64,000 nucleotides of DNA from Lingula anatina. Taxonomy: Eukaryota > Animalia > Brachiopoda. Location: the NCBI GenBank assembly GCA_051362555.1, contig CM120640.1:27800503-27864502 (forward strand). Direction: 5' to 3'. Shown piece by piece: positions 37,501 through 52,500 of the stretch (positions within the stretch are counted from its first letter, which is position 1; every line of letters begins with the position of its first letter). Position numbers and translations under genes: made by a program. The notes beneath the pieces were generated by a model. That model saw nothing but the letters and a program-made list of their open reading frames with translations. It searched no databases and was not told the origin of the DNA.

Positions 37501-40500
37501 CCCGATCATGCTGATTTTCGAACTTGACCTACGTTTTATGAATATTCATCAGCTCTGTAAATATAAAGCCAAAAATTAAAACTGCCTTCCACTTATCGTG
37601 TTTACAAGGAAAGTGCACGGCGACGGCATCGGCATCAGCATCGCCATCGGCATCGGCGACGACAGACGCAGGTGATGGCAATATGTACAGACACATCTGT
37701 GTCTGTACATAAAAATGAACACATCTAATAGATATATTAAAAATCAAAGAACTTTATATGATGATTCTTACTTTGATACTCTGAGTCTGCTTCTTTGTTG
37801 GCTTCATAGATGGCATTCTGAACCTCATCCTTGTCTAAGATCACCTCTTCTCCATTGTTATTGTTCTAAAATTAAAGCACACATCTTATGTTAGCAAAAA
37901 TAATACAAAAGATAATGTCAAGGACATGACTGTTTGTTTCAACAATGTTATTCATCTCAACAGATTCATTGCCGCTAGTTCTTGTAGACAAGTTGTGTTC
38001 AATGGTTTCAATGCTATGTGAATTCAGAAATTTCCTCACTTTTACAGTATTGACTAAAATCATATGCAATTGTTCAAAACAAGGCAAACACAACTTTTTC
38101 TGTAAAAATAAAAGAAAAAAAAGTCACCATTTTTGTTTCTCTGTCATTGATAAGTCTGGCCATATAAAACTCCTTTTTGTCTGGACTGACATCTCTCAGA
38201 TTGAGCAGAGGTGACTGAAGCAGTTTCATCAAAGCATCCATATCTTGTTTGTTCAGGGCATCATTAAGCCTGTCCAGTGTCCTGATGGCTGGAAATTCAA
38301 GACGCAAATATGATATTAAGTATCACCTTTTAACTGTTTTGATACAATAGATGTTTTGTTTTTAAAAGCAAGGATTTACATTAAAAACTTGAGTGGCCCC
38401 TCTTGCTTAAGCTCCATGGCTATACTTAACCTTTGGGGCAGCTAAAGTATGGCAACCTAAAAATCACACACTTGAATGGATTTTAAATGAATTCCATCTT
38501 TTAATACTATACACACTAATCGCCTTGTCAAAGATATGAAAACATCTTTCAGAATAGCACACAATCAACTGTCACCATATAATCATAAAACTCCTGACCA
38601 TGTGAAAACTGCCCTCAACCATAAACTCATAAGGCAACAGTAGTACAACTATAAACTGAATACCTGTTGTTGATGTGTGTCCTTTTTTCTTGAAAGCTTT
38701 GTACATATAATATAATATTATCCACGGAACATGATAATAATAATAATAATAAAGATTTTTTTGTATATGCACACACTTTTTCTCTATTTTTTTTTTTTTT
38801 TTTTGCTATTTCCACAAACTATAATTTGCTATACAAAACCAAGAACTAAATTTCCTGGATACTGACAAAATACTTGGAATAACTTGACACTTGTAGATAA
38901 CAGAAATGTAACTGATTATTTCTATATTTTCCTTCTGTCTACAATTACTGTTATCAGCACTCTAACAGTAGACAAAGACAAATTCATGTGTCTGTGGGAT
39001 GACTTACTGTTCACTTTGTTTAAATTCCCTTGGATCTCTGCTTGAGTCAATAACTCATCATACACATCAGCTTCATAATCAGGGTCTAGGGACTGAAAGC
39101 AGATTTCACAATCAGGTAAAATCTTTTCCAGAAATGGTTAAATGATAAACCATTAATTCCAGGGGCATAAAAGGAGTTACAAAAAATTACTTTTTCATAT
39201 GAAAGTGAGAGCACTTCAAACTGAATTAAACTAATGATATAAATATATGTAAAGCAAAACAGAAGTTCACTAATATAAACCAGTATGCATGTTCCATGGA
39301 ACGTTTAATTTAAACATGTGATATGCAAGTTGATGAGTAATTAATGAAACATTTCCTTCACAACAATTTTTGGAACACTTCCTTTTCAACAATTTTTGGA
39401 ACATTTCCTTCTAAACGATTTTATCCCCTACCTCATTTACAGCATTTCAGCTTTAATATGTAGTCATCTATTCAACACCTAAAGGAATGATATACCTAAA
39501 ACAAATAAACACTCCACTGAGAGACAATAGGATACTGTACCCTGTTTCTAGCATTTTCAGCTTTGGTATGTTTGGCAGCATGCAGTATCTCCTGGTAGTC
39601 CTCAATGTGTTGAGGTATGACAGCAGTCAGGTGAGCCGCGGGGTTCTGCAGGGCAGAGAGGGTCCCCTTCACCACCTGGTGGTCTATGGCCTCATTGATG
39701 GCAATTACAGCAGCATGCACTGGAAACATAGTAAACAGTAATGTTAACAATAATGGCAAAAGTCAAAAGTCTCTACATACTTTTTCAATTTCAGAAACTC
39801 ATTTGTCAAAATGTTTGAAGTATTTTCTTAATTGATTCTTAATTGTTGCCAGAGCTTACTTGTGTTCTGCACACAAAAAGTTCATTTTAATAAAACACAA
39901 ACAATTTTGATACATCTATGACAACATCACACATACTGAAGTTTATGAATTAAATAAATTTGAGAAGACTCAAAAAGTTGTCAACAATCATTGCGAAACT
40001 ATAAACTATAATCTCTACTACTCACATGCGGCTTCATCTACTGGCATCTAATGAAAGAAGAAAAAGAAAACTTGAGAAGAACATGCACACACATTAATTA
40101 ATTAATCAATGGAAATCAGACACTGATACAACATTTAAGACAAAAATTATTTGAGAAAATAATGCACAGATTGTGCTCATTAGGCAATTGTTAGTCACCT
40201 AATTCTAATAAAAGTTTTACTGCCTTTAGTGCTTAATTCAGACCTGCAATCACCAAGAAAACCTATTCTTTCTTACTGAAACTTTTATATGCCAAACTTT
40301 GCAATAAGGGCTAATGCTTTATACTGCACTTGGCATTTATAGTAAGGTAAACTGCAGTAAGAACAGTGTGTGTGCTGACCGCCCTCTTTTCTTACCCCCC
40401 CCCCCTTTTACCCTTTTCCTTTTCCCCCCAAATTAGTAACTTTTTTATTTATTTGTTTGATACTTTCTACAAAATCCTAAGCTACAAGGAAATTGCCACC

Positions 40501-43500
40501 ATAATCTACCAGGAAATGCCATCTCATAATCAAACATCCTCACTGCGCTATACTTTTTCAATTATACTTTAGCCCTGCAAAACCAGCATTCAGACAATGA
40601 CTCATTTAAATCCTTTTCACAAATAACATTAATTGTGATATAAGGAATCCAGGTATCAAGTTAAGGTAGTAATATGATCAATAATTTAACACTGCATGTA
40701 GAATTTTAAGTACAGTATCTTCTATATATTATTCTCACTCCTGAACTAGCCACTAGTAATCCCATCAGAACACAGTGAAAAAGTGGGCAAATTATATCGA
40801 AATGGAAAGAAAAATTTACTAGAAACGTGTGATCATAGGAGTTTTGAAATTGCAGCACCAATTTATGGTCAAATTTTATCAGCAAGTCAAATGCCTTTCT
40901 TCATAACAACTATGATAGTTTAAAGAGAAATTTAAAAACCTCTGAAGAATAATTTGGGAGATAAATATCTCTTCTAGGTTTTATACCTATTTAAAATCAA
41001 TTTTCTTCATGGTTATAGGTAACAGGTTTATAAGTCATAATATTTGTAAACTGCACTGAGATATCTGTGAGGTCTGTTTTGAGAATTTTTTTTATAATTA
41101 ATAATTATCATTATTGATAATATGACAGGACAGACACGCACACATACACACACACCTTATTTTTAGATCTCTTCTGTATCTGAGAAAATATGCCATGAAA
41201 TCTAAAAAGACCCCCATTTCATACTTAGAAACAACAGCTGGCAATTCCCTGTTACATTACCAGCAATATTTTTAGACTGTAATGCAATGCAGCCATAACA
41301 CCATCTGTTACACAGACTCAGTATGATGAACAGCAGGACATTGTCTATTCCGTGAACTTATTGAAAATAAAGCTTTGATGCACAGTGACTAGCTACATAT
41401 ATATATTTAATACCAGGAATAATATATTCATTATTCTATTAAAATGCTTAATGCTCAACCACTAGTTCAAATACGTCTTGCCTATATGAAATTTTTTGTG
41501 CGAATGCCTCTAAAATAAACTATAAACATTTCCCAATTACAACCTCATCACAATCAATCAATATAGTCAACATTTATCAAATGGCATGCCCCTCTATGAC
41601 CTTGGTCAGAAAACAGACTTTCTGATACATCATGCTACACACAAATTAGGGTCAATCAACTGAAGTTACTGGCATAATCTTCACTGAGTATTGGAATATA
41701 CCTCATTAGCCAGGATTCCACCAATCTTACTGAATGCAGGCATCTGAATACCATACTTTTCCAATTCCTTTCGCATCGCGCTTATTTCTTCCTCTGAAAT
41801 AAAAATTTTATAAAGGGTTGGAGTTTAACGATTGACAAATAGTATAGAATTCCTTCTTTGGGTAAGAATCAAAAAGAGCTTTATACCAATCGGTTTCTCC
41901 TCATCTACAACAGTTTTTCAAACAGATACATAAAACAATCCTATTGCTCCTTTTTTCATGTTACCACTAACATCTTTTCTTGTAACCTAATACCCAAATC
42001 AAAGAAAGATTAAATATTAATAATTATTCATGGGTCTTTGCACCTTATTTTCAACATAAGGTTAACTTTTCTATATGTAGCTTGAGCTTGTTGTTTTACC
42101 TGTAAACTTGATCTTGCCGTAAAGATCCTGAATCTGAGGCGCCAATCCCAGCTTGAACATGTACAAACTGAAAAAATAAAGAGGAATTGAAATACTTATA
42201 CAAAACTTGTTGAACAGTTTGGACCAATTAATTATATAATTTGCAATAAGAACAAACTTAACTTTATGCAGTCCAGCTGTTTTGATTGTAAATATATATA
42301 TTTTTTTTTCTTGAACTAAATGTATATTGTGAGCATTTGTAACAACCATGAAGATATGAGAGTGATCAACTTTTTAATCAACCAGATCCCTGTAGGAACC
42401 CTACCTAAGAGCATGTATACAGTAGATAACACGGGGCATGTTCTTTCTGTCATAAATGTCTGTGGTTTCTGGGTAGAATATCTGAAATAAAGCAGACAAT
42501 TAAAACTCATTATTCAATCCAGTGCACATTTTTTTCTTTAAATTTTGTTTTTGAAAAATTGTATTTCATACAAAAAATCATGCATTGATTAGTTTTTTAT
42601 ATACATTTATTTCAACCTGGTTTCGCAATTTGTGATTTCTGGAGGGAAATGGACACAATAACAATTATTTAACAAGGTCATTATGTCATCATTAATTGTT
42701 CTGGAAAAAGGTACCAGACCATTATATTGGTCCATGTATTAAAAGTCAAGAAGGATCATCAGCTATGAAACTGTGCCCGCAGACTTCCAAATGTACTTTA
42801 AGTGCATGTCTCTAGTCATATATCTACACAAAAACACCAATCCCTCTTAAGGATAAAATAAAAAAACAATTCTTAAAAAAACAGTAAGTCGACAGAGAAA
42901 ACAAGGACAAAGAATAAAGCAGTCCTAGATCCAAGCCTGTAGCTAGCCGACTGGAAAGAAATCTGACTGTTGGCTACCACACTGACAATAGCCCCAGTGT
43001 TTGCAAGCTATGTGATAGTTATTGATCTTTCTCACCCCTTGGGACAAGGGGTTAATTTACCAGTTGCACCCATATTAATCCAGCATAAAGTGTACCTGTC
43101 TGGCAATACTCTGGACTTCTTAAGTCAAGAACACAGGTTTCATATTCGCATGTTTATGTAGCATGAAGGCATTTTTCCAAACAGGACTGGCTCAATTTTA
43201 TATGATTAATATTTTGAGATCTAACATTAACATAGGTGAAAGTTTGAAAAAATGAAAAAAAACTGTAGACACAGCTTGCAATTTCTCATCACATTAAGGC
43301 CATGTGAAAAAACATTTAAAATGAAATCTGAAAGTCCTGAAATCAGGTATAATTCTGAAAACTTTCACCAATGAATTATGAGCTATAAAAACATTATGCT
43401 GACATTTCTTTTTATAGAATGATTACTTTTATTAATGCATCTGTTATAACTTGAGCTCATGTTGCATAATTAATTAGTTATTCTATAGATAGATACATAC

Positions 43501-46500
43501 ATATTGCTTTGAAAAACAAAAATTCTGCAAAAAAATTGGGCTTGCTATTATTTTATTTTTTTTCAGCCAAATGCAGTTCAATATGTTTCACTTCCCATGG
43601 TAAAATTTGAATATATGTTTATGTTTTTTTGCCAAAATTCATCAGATGGAGTGAGCCAAGTAATCCGTTTCTTTCTGTCTCCTTCAGTACACCTACACTT
43701 CTTAAATGATATAACCACCGTAGTCATTTGTAATGGCACCGTCTCACATGTGACCCTGAATCATTTTAAAATTGCAGGTATACATAATGCATGTCATTTC
43801 AAAGGCATTATCTCTAAAAAAGCTTATGATGACATTTGACTAGATAGATACCATCAGAGGTTTTGGCATTGGGGGGGAGGGGGGGGTCAAAAAATTATCT
43901 AAGCAAAACACTACACTAAGACCTCTCTCTAAGTACAATGCAATCCGACACCCACTTCTCTTTTTTTTATTTCTGTCCTTTCTTCACACAAAACCAATTT
44001 AATCAGTTCTGATCTAAACTTACACCTGACCCATGACAAACATGACTACAACTACTCAAAACACATTTATGTGTTGAGATAACTCATCTTAATGGGTATG
44101 TGTTGACTTGACTGAACGGGATCAAGACTGTATAAATATCTGAGCAATGGTACTTCAGGTAGTTTTCTTTGAGGAAGAGGGCAGAAAGAAGTATTAGTAG
44201 AAGTACGGGAAGGTGACATATTTATATATATGCAGTTTCACATTCCTCTAGGTTCAACAGGTTGTAAGGCAAGGGACAGCTTAGGCTACATGTTTACAGA
44301 CGGGCATTACAGTAGCCGACTACTTATATGCTCATCTTGGTAAATGGGTTTCTGTCTTCTTGGAGTCTTTTACCTAATACATTCTTATTTATCCTTATTC
44401 CATGGCAGTTTGTTTGTTTGTTTGTTTGTTTTTGCCCATCCAGACTTTCTCTAAACTGACTCAAATTTAGCCAATGGCAACAAAAGATGCATCAATGTTG
44501 GTATAAATCTTATATGGGGCCTTTTACATTCTAGCAAATGAGAAATGTTGCAACTGAGGTTTTTTGATGACATACCAGTTATAGATGAAATAGGATCTAC
44601 ATTTTGACCCATTTCTGCAATGAGTCACTTTACATCATACTGTTTTAAAAGACAGGAGACTCAAGGTCTGAAGTGGTTACCTTTCTTCTCTCCACTGGTT
44701 AACCACGAATACAAATTCCATTGTTTACAATATGGACAAAACCAAAATTGTCATGGACAAATACATGAATATAACCAGTATTCCATAAAACTTTTTTTTT
44801 CATGTCAGAGCTGCCAGAAATAAGCATAAGTGAAATAAAATGAGCTCATTTCTCCCTCAAATACCTGAATATTCCAAATTAGCAACAATTCAGTGAATTA
44901 TTTCAACCAAACTGTCATTCTGCTTCGGGTTATTATATCAGCCACTGAATTCCACATGTATAGACAGCCACCGTGAACATAAAACATTTATGCTGTTGCA
45001 GCATACTTTTCATGGCTGCAGGTGATCACCATTTTATATATAGCTTTAGTTTGATATTATTTTTTGATATCATTTTTGGTCACTGATCAATGTGAATATT
45101 CCTATCACAATGCCAGTCACAAAGTTTTTTCCCATCACAAGTGTAACACTGGATGTTGTTTTTAAGCACATTAATAGCGCAGCACTGCAATTAATTCACA
45201 GTGGTTGTCAAAAACAAAGTGAATCTTTTTTATGAGCACGGGGAACTTATTTTAGTATGAACTTTGCTCTTGGGAGGGAGTATTTCCTCTCACACGTAAG
45301 TCTGTTGATTCATACTGATTATGAGAGGAAGAAAAATTTGTAGGACGCCTAGCAGAATAACCCTTCCATTATAAATCTTAAATCATATAAAGGAGAATCC
45401 ATCTCACACACACTTGGAACCAAAATATCTACCATATTATCTAGATCTACACTTCTGATACTAAGGTGATTACAAGATAAATATTCAATGACAGACAATC
45501 TTCCATTTGTAAGAAAAGGTCTCTGGCAGCAGCATATCCCTATATCATACATCATCAATGAGTGCACTGGATAACAATATACTAGTACTGATGTGCAAAT
45601 CTAAAAGGCTACCTACTATTCCTTGGATAATAACTTTCTTTTATCTCTCAGCCACATATTTATTTATTAGATATTTACAAAAGAAAAAGAAGAAGAAAAG
45701 GAGAAATGATGGTTTCAGAGAAGATTTATTGGCTTTTATATGCCCCATATCTACTGGTTTGGGCATTTTGCTTGAGATCTGTTATCCTGGCAACCGCATA
45801 CTAAAAAGGGACATTAGTTAAATACCAGCTAATGTCTATCATTAAGATGGACGTGGAATGTAGATCTCAAAATCTTTTCCTGCATATCTCTACTGCTTAT
45901 GTCTTATTTGGGTTTTTTCTTCAACTCGAGCAGATTTTGTATGGAATATCAAACCCATTATTTGTGCTACAGAGCATGAAATGCACGTGACAACAAAACA
46001 TTCCTAATCACAATATCTGTAATTTTCTTTGGTGAAAAATATGCAACAGGTATACTATAAATTATAAAGGAACCTGCTATATATTTATCTCACTCTGAGG
46101 TATTTGAAGAACAATTATTATGACACACTTTTCAAATCATAAAAAAATGTGCAAACATTCAAATCAACCAGATAACATCAACTACACTGAAAGCAATATT
46201 GAAATGAAGAAACAATGAAATATTTCACCAGTTCTCCAAATAAACTAAAACGTGCATTCTTGTATTAAGGACATTCCCCTTGTGATTACTGTCACATGTT
46301 CTGCACACCAATGACAAAATACAAGCTGTTACACTTTAGCCTTAACCTCCATCATCCATAAATTCAGTGTGTATCTGCCCATACGTATCACGGTTTTGAA
46401 AACCTTATGATACCAAAGTTATAAGTGAAGACAACAATACAGTACATTGGTTGCATAGATGGCTGGCCAGATTAGGATAACATTCCGCGCCTATTAGAGT

Positions 46501-49500
46501 GTAAAATTTAATGTCAATAATAGATGCATCTCTTTTAATTAAGTTTTTAGGTGACGTTATCAGACAGCATGTGTATTTCAATTTCACTTTCTTCTTTTAC
46601 AAATGTCCCTCACTCCACCCCCCATCCCCAAAACAAACACACTCAAAAACACATCAAATGCACTATGGTCAACCAGCCCTATTCCTCCTTTTACTCTTTC
46701 TATGTTGCTGATTATAATTATTAATATACATATATATCATTCAAAACCTGATATTAGATGTTATAGCTGATCAGTCTACCTATATTCCAATCCCCTTCAG
46801 CAGCATCACTAGCATTTAGAACCAAATTTTACTCTTCAAAATGCCCCTAGTTAAACGGTGTTTAAGCACAGGAATGCCTTATTGTTACTAAACATCAGTG
46901 ATTCAAATTCTAATTTTTTCCACTGGTTATACAAGCTTATAGTTCAGAAGAGTACCTCCCACCAGGATTTAAATTTCCCAGCCTGAAAAATTGGAAGCTT
47001 AAATATTGCCTCATCTTTGGTGTGCTAATCTGTGTACATCTACATACTCATTAAGCTGCTGACATACAATATATGAATCATAACTGATAGAAGCCTAATT
47101 CTCTGCCACAGATAGTTCAGCTTGTCTCTAGAACTAAAATAATAATATGAAAATCCTCAAATTTCTCCAATTTACTCATCTTACATAAATAAATGAATGT
47201 GAGTCTATCACTGAGGTTTTGATATCAGAAATATATGAAAAACTGATAATACATTTTAACCCAAGCACTAGAACGAGTTCAAAGAAAATAAAGAGCAGGG
47301 GGCCAATATGAAATTACGTTTAGACCTATTTTACTATGAACAGAAAATGGGGACGCTGTTCAGGTACAATAAACCTGTTCTGAAAAGATAGAGATGGATT
47401 TTATTCCTATTTATAAGGTTACAGGGCAGCAAGCACATTGAATGGAAGCCGCATGCCACTGTTAACCTTCACTTCAGTTACCACTGGGGTGATAAAGTGT
47501 ACTAAAGATGACCAATTCAGCGGGATACTATCTACTATAAGCTATAGCATAGTGGCAGGGTGTTACTGATGCAGATACTAGATGTCCAGTAGCTGTGAGA
47601 GATCAGAAGTAATAACATGGTGCCAGCCAGTGCCACATTTTAGCACCAATATTTGCCCTCTTTCTTTCTAGATAACCTATGCTGATAGGTCTCCATTTTT
47701 TTTGGTAATAAGTAGTTTTGAACAAAACATAGGTTTCATGTCACAAGTAAAAGAAAAGAAATACATCTGCCAAGCAGTGGCAGATATCTATTTTGGAAAA
47801 TCATGATTCAATTTTTCAAAAGAAATTATTGCTGATATGAATGGTACAAAGTCGCTCCATTTGGTGTCACAAAAAACAATACTTTGCTGACCTAAATATG
47901 CACAGACTTAATTATCTAACTTATTGTAGTTGAATCATTAAACTTTATCATGTTAATGTGACTCATTTACAGCATTTAAATTCTGAAACGACCAGGGTTA
48001 ACATGCATGCTTCTTCTTTAAACTCTAACAATTATCCAATACTAACCTAATACTTAATTCAAAGAAAACAGTTGTAAACCACTGAAATTTGGTAATAAAA
48101 TTCTTAATCTCTTGTTTGGCAGAGAAAGAAAGGCCAATTCAGAATATCTTTTAAATCACACCAATTATGCATGTTTTTTCCCCCAATAAAAACAACTTCA
48201 GTTAAATATGTGCTGCATATAACAAGGCACTCACTGGTTGACCTCTTTTGATTATGGAAAGGGAGATGTTTCCATTTGATTTGAATGAATTGCAATCTAA
48301 ACTTAAAATTTGACTTGTTTCAAATTCAGTCTCTATGTAATAAATAGAACATCTTTTAAAATAACCACTGGTAGTACTCCAAACTATAAGCATTTGCAAA
48401 GATCATCTGACAATGTCACGATCTTAGGTCTGTTAAGACAAAGTAATAAAGAAAGTGCTGCATTCAGAGGTTTGGGGAAAGAGAGAGTAAGAGAGAGATT
48501 GAGGGTGATGACTTACATTTGGTAGTCCCAGTTCCTCCAAGGCTCTCAACCAGTGGTTGATATTGTCTGTGTGTCGGAAATGTAATCCCCGGACCTATGT
48601 AAAAAAAAAAACATTCCAACAGATTATTGATATGAAATATTAAGTATCTATAATCATTTATTATTAAAGTGAGGATTATAAATTTATTAAGCGACTGATT
48701 TTTATACATTAATAAAAAATACTCCACCTTGTATCTCTCTTGATCTTTATCATAGATTTTCTTTAAAGGCACCAAATCTGGTTTCATAAAATGTGCCAAT
48801 TTTGCCAAGTATACTCCATTTCTCAGTCCTTCTTCTACCTCAGTGGTAGCTGGCAACTGATCATTGATACAGGCTTCTATCCATCTAAAGAAAAAAGAGA
48901 CAAAAAATTAAATTTCAGAATCATTCTTATGAACAGACAGCCAGAGAGAGAGAGAGAGAGAGAGAGAAAGAGGGAGAAACAGAGGAAGGGAGACAGAGAA
49001 ATGGCATTTGAATAAATATCTTGAAAAATGTAAGGCTAAAAGTGGGAAAACACTTGAAGCAAATTGTGATCACTTCAGATTTCAATGCACCACTGATAGG
49101 AAACATTCAATATAGACTGAACTAGTGACATCATGGGGCCCTTTTGTTTATGACATATGACTGACTCCACTTTTTATTTTTTATTTATAAAATCATATTC
49201 TGTGAGCTTGACCTAATTCTTTGCAGCATCATATAATGCTTAAAATGCAATGAAATGATAAAGGTCCACTGCACACTTCTAAACTCTTTAAAACAATGGT
49301 TTTCTGTTCTGACCAAACTGAAATATTAATGATAATATGTTACCTGAAAATTGGCCCTTACCATGCTGCTTAGCCTTCTACAGGTACTATAGAAATACAA
49401 TTTGCTCTTACTGTATGTATAGTTCAAATGCCACATATTTAACCCAAATAAAAATAAGGTGATAATTGAGATTTTCGGATTTAAACAATAGTGGTTTACA

Positions 49501-52500
49501 CATATTCATTTATCCAATGCACAAATATCTTTTGTAAGAATTTTCAGTCATGGCTTTGTTGATTTTACCTTGCAAACACCCACAAGAGTATTAAAGCACG
49601 TTCGGATCCTGCAAGTCAGTAACAACAAGCATGCAAGAATGTCATCATTGTTCATCATAGCTGCTATCAGGACTCACTCCAATATATATACATTTTGTAT
49701 TTAAGCCAAATTTCCACTTTCTAACTAACATGCTGGCAAAAACAGTAAAACATTTTTATTTAGAAAAAAAGCTAATTATACTTGAAAACAAAGAAATCAA
49801 TTAAAGGACACAGGATCTAATACCAGAAAGTTTTTATGTCAATTGAATCATATAATTAGACTACTTAAAATGAGGAAGGGAAATTCCATTTAACTGATGC
49901 ACAGGATATCAGCTTACTTTTGAAGTAAAAAAAGACATCCTCTAAATAGACACATTCTGAACATATTATAGTTTCAATGTTCATTCATTTCTTTCATGAT
50001 ATATTTCTGGATTCCAGCAGACTTCCTGATCTGAGCTGCGCATAATGAAAAATGTCACATGAAAACACCAAAGACCAGAAGTTTTCAAAACAAAACCCTA
50101 TGTCTTCTGAATGATATTAATCTTTATGCAAAAGCACCTATCACAATATGATGTATCATGTATTTATAGCCCAATGTGCATTTCATTAGCTTATTAAGCA
50201 AAACATATAATGTGCCATATGATAGCAAACCTGACTAGGTCAGGCAGTATAGAGGCAATGTCTGCATATTATACGAGATGGCAAGCCCTGTTACATGCAT
50301 TACAATAAAGACTTTTTAAGCTGTGATGCTGTGATCACAACTGTTTGTGTATTCAGCAGACTTCCTAGACCTCTAGAGCCAATGAATCACATACAGACCC
50401 ACCCACATAATAATAGAAAACCACATCATCTGAATAAATCTCAAAAAAGGTTCAACAAAGCAAAAAGTTATCTTTCCAATCATTTGGTGTTAAAATAGAA
50501 GAAAAGACTTATGCTAGACAATGCAAAAAAAGTATAAATATAAGGTCTTATAATTTTTAGGGCTCTTTTTCTTGAATAATATCATACTAGTAAGTAGTCC
50601 AATCATTTCATCTGGTAGTCAAAATTCAAGTAGACCTGAAGATAAACTACAAAGTTTAAAACATATACACATTTACACACACATATACATGCACACACGC
50701 ATGCACGCACACACACACACACACACTCTCACCACTGCTTTCAGACAAAAGTAGGACAAAAATAAAAGTTTATCTGACTGCATATTACAGACTTAATTTG
50801 CACATCCTGTTGCCTTGAAGATACCAGCATGTGGACACCAATCATTTGCATGATATATTTCTGATATTGCTGGTACTGAGTCACCATTTTTATTTTCATC
50901 AGAGAATTTAAACAAATCTATTTCTCATTATGGAATGAATTTTTTTTTCGCATACATCAAATCTATTTGGAAATTTTACAGCTTCATTATTACCTGTTTG
51001 CAACAAACTGTTTCTGACAATAACAAAATTAAATACTTTATACTGCCCTGAATCCTCTAAATCTGTGTGTTCTTTTGGGTATTTGGTGATGAATACTGCA
51101 CGAGAGGGTTTATTATGTAAAAAAAGTGAGTCATATACATTTTCCAGCCTCAAATTGCCAGTCATGTATGTGAATTAATATGGTCTGGCTGCTGTGTGAA
51201 TTTTTTTCAAAATAAACAACACATTATATCATATGCATACTGTTCAACAAAATTTAACAGTATATAATTCTTTTTGCCAACCAACAGGGAAAAATGCAAT
51301 GTAGGACGCTGCTCATTTTACTTCATAACAACACATCATTTCATATCAACATCAATCTTTTACATTGAGTATTACAAGATCCAATATAGGAAAATACTTA
51401 AGCTCTGCCACTGTGTGTTTGGGATGAAAACTAATGTTAATTATACTCTAAATGTACCTGATGCACTTACAATAATTACAAGTATTCCCAACTGACAGGG
51501 ACATACAGGTGGTACTGATAAGAAATCTACAGAATACTATGCGTTAACAGTGGGAAACCAACAATGTGATGTGGTCAGATAAAACACTATCAGAATATTC
51601 AAGTAAATGATTGATAAAATGAAAATTCTAGTTGAATGTCACAAACAATATAGCACTGCAATGGACAGTCAACTTAATGGGTTTCAATAACTCAATACTT
51701 GTATGCTATTAATCTTCAGGGGAATGGGTTCATACAGATTCTTTGCTGTAATAAAAAATGCATTACTCCACCAATAATTTTGGCTGCTGTGAACATTTAA
51801 GCACCAGTGTCATATGAAACAAGTTGACTAGAATAGTTTTCTCAAAGAAAGAGTGACATATTGATAAAATGCAAAAGTATTTACTTTCGATAGCCATTCA
51901 GCGAAAAATGGAACTCTGGGTCTCATTTTACAAAACCAATGACATCATATTAAATAAAGACCTCTGTTCTAATTATAGGACTATGCCTTCTATTTCTAGG
52001 ACATAGCTACAGTATGATTTCAAAAGCCTGTTTACATATAAAATGACCACTATGGCTTCTGACAACAAAGCTATGCAACTAATGGGGCAATCATTTAAAA
52101 CTTAAATAGCCTCAGAGAGTTTAAGTGTCACATGAATTGTTCAATTAAGTATTACATACTTAAGATATGAATGTTCTGAGATGACTGACCTATTCTCATT
52201 TCTGTCAACCATTAACACATTCTTAAAACATAAGACATCATTATACAGACACAAATCTGCTAAATATCTGATAACAAGAACAATTATCAAATGAAGCTAT
52301 TAGTTAACAATCTGCTATAGAACAAAGGTTGTTTATTGTCTTCTTACCTTTGAAACTAAAGCTGAGTGTCATTTTAATTCTCCATTGTTAAACTAGAAAA
52401 ATAATTCCCAAAGGAATTTTTTAATAAGTGCTTTATTCAATTCTACTTAATTGCCATTTAATATGAGAATGATAGAGAATGTCCACCTGAATGAGAATGT

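Larger units (their letters stand above)
33648..37712 (-). mobile_element. Second non-autonomous Helentron/HINE-like element (different family), with duplicated 5' half and nested LINE, in an IQGAP intron
   Basis: SubTIR ATGTACAGACA (33668-33678) inverted with TGTCTGTACAT (37700-37710). 14-bp terminal hairpin 37682-37711. (CGGCAT/CGGCGA)n microsatellite ~37618-37665. 3' stem-loop GGCAGC-aaa-GCTGTC (33651-33665). Internal ~160-bp tandem repeats (35980, 36140, 36299 and again 37180-37500). A/T-run flanks. Confidence 0.75.

Noticed and set aside
36053-37747. ORFs of 72-136 aa with VAVAV/ADADA runs
   Set aside because: Translations of the HINE microsatellite and 160-bp repeats; the frames are not preserved between the two duplicated halves.
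39350-39410. 26-bp tandem duplication (also an 18-bp one at 52475-52507)
   Set aside because: Ordinary slippage-type duplications in introns with no further structure.
44681-44721. Possible alternative IQGAP first exon (MEFVFVVNQWREE + GTAACC donor)
   Set aside because: It ends in phase 2 while the next exon (42481) starts in phase 0, and there is no promoter-like context.
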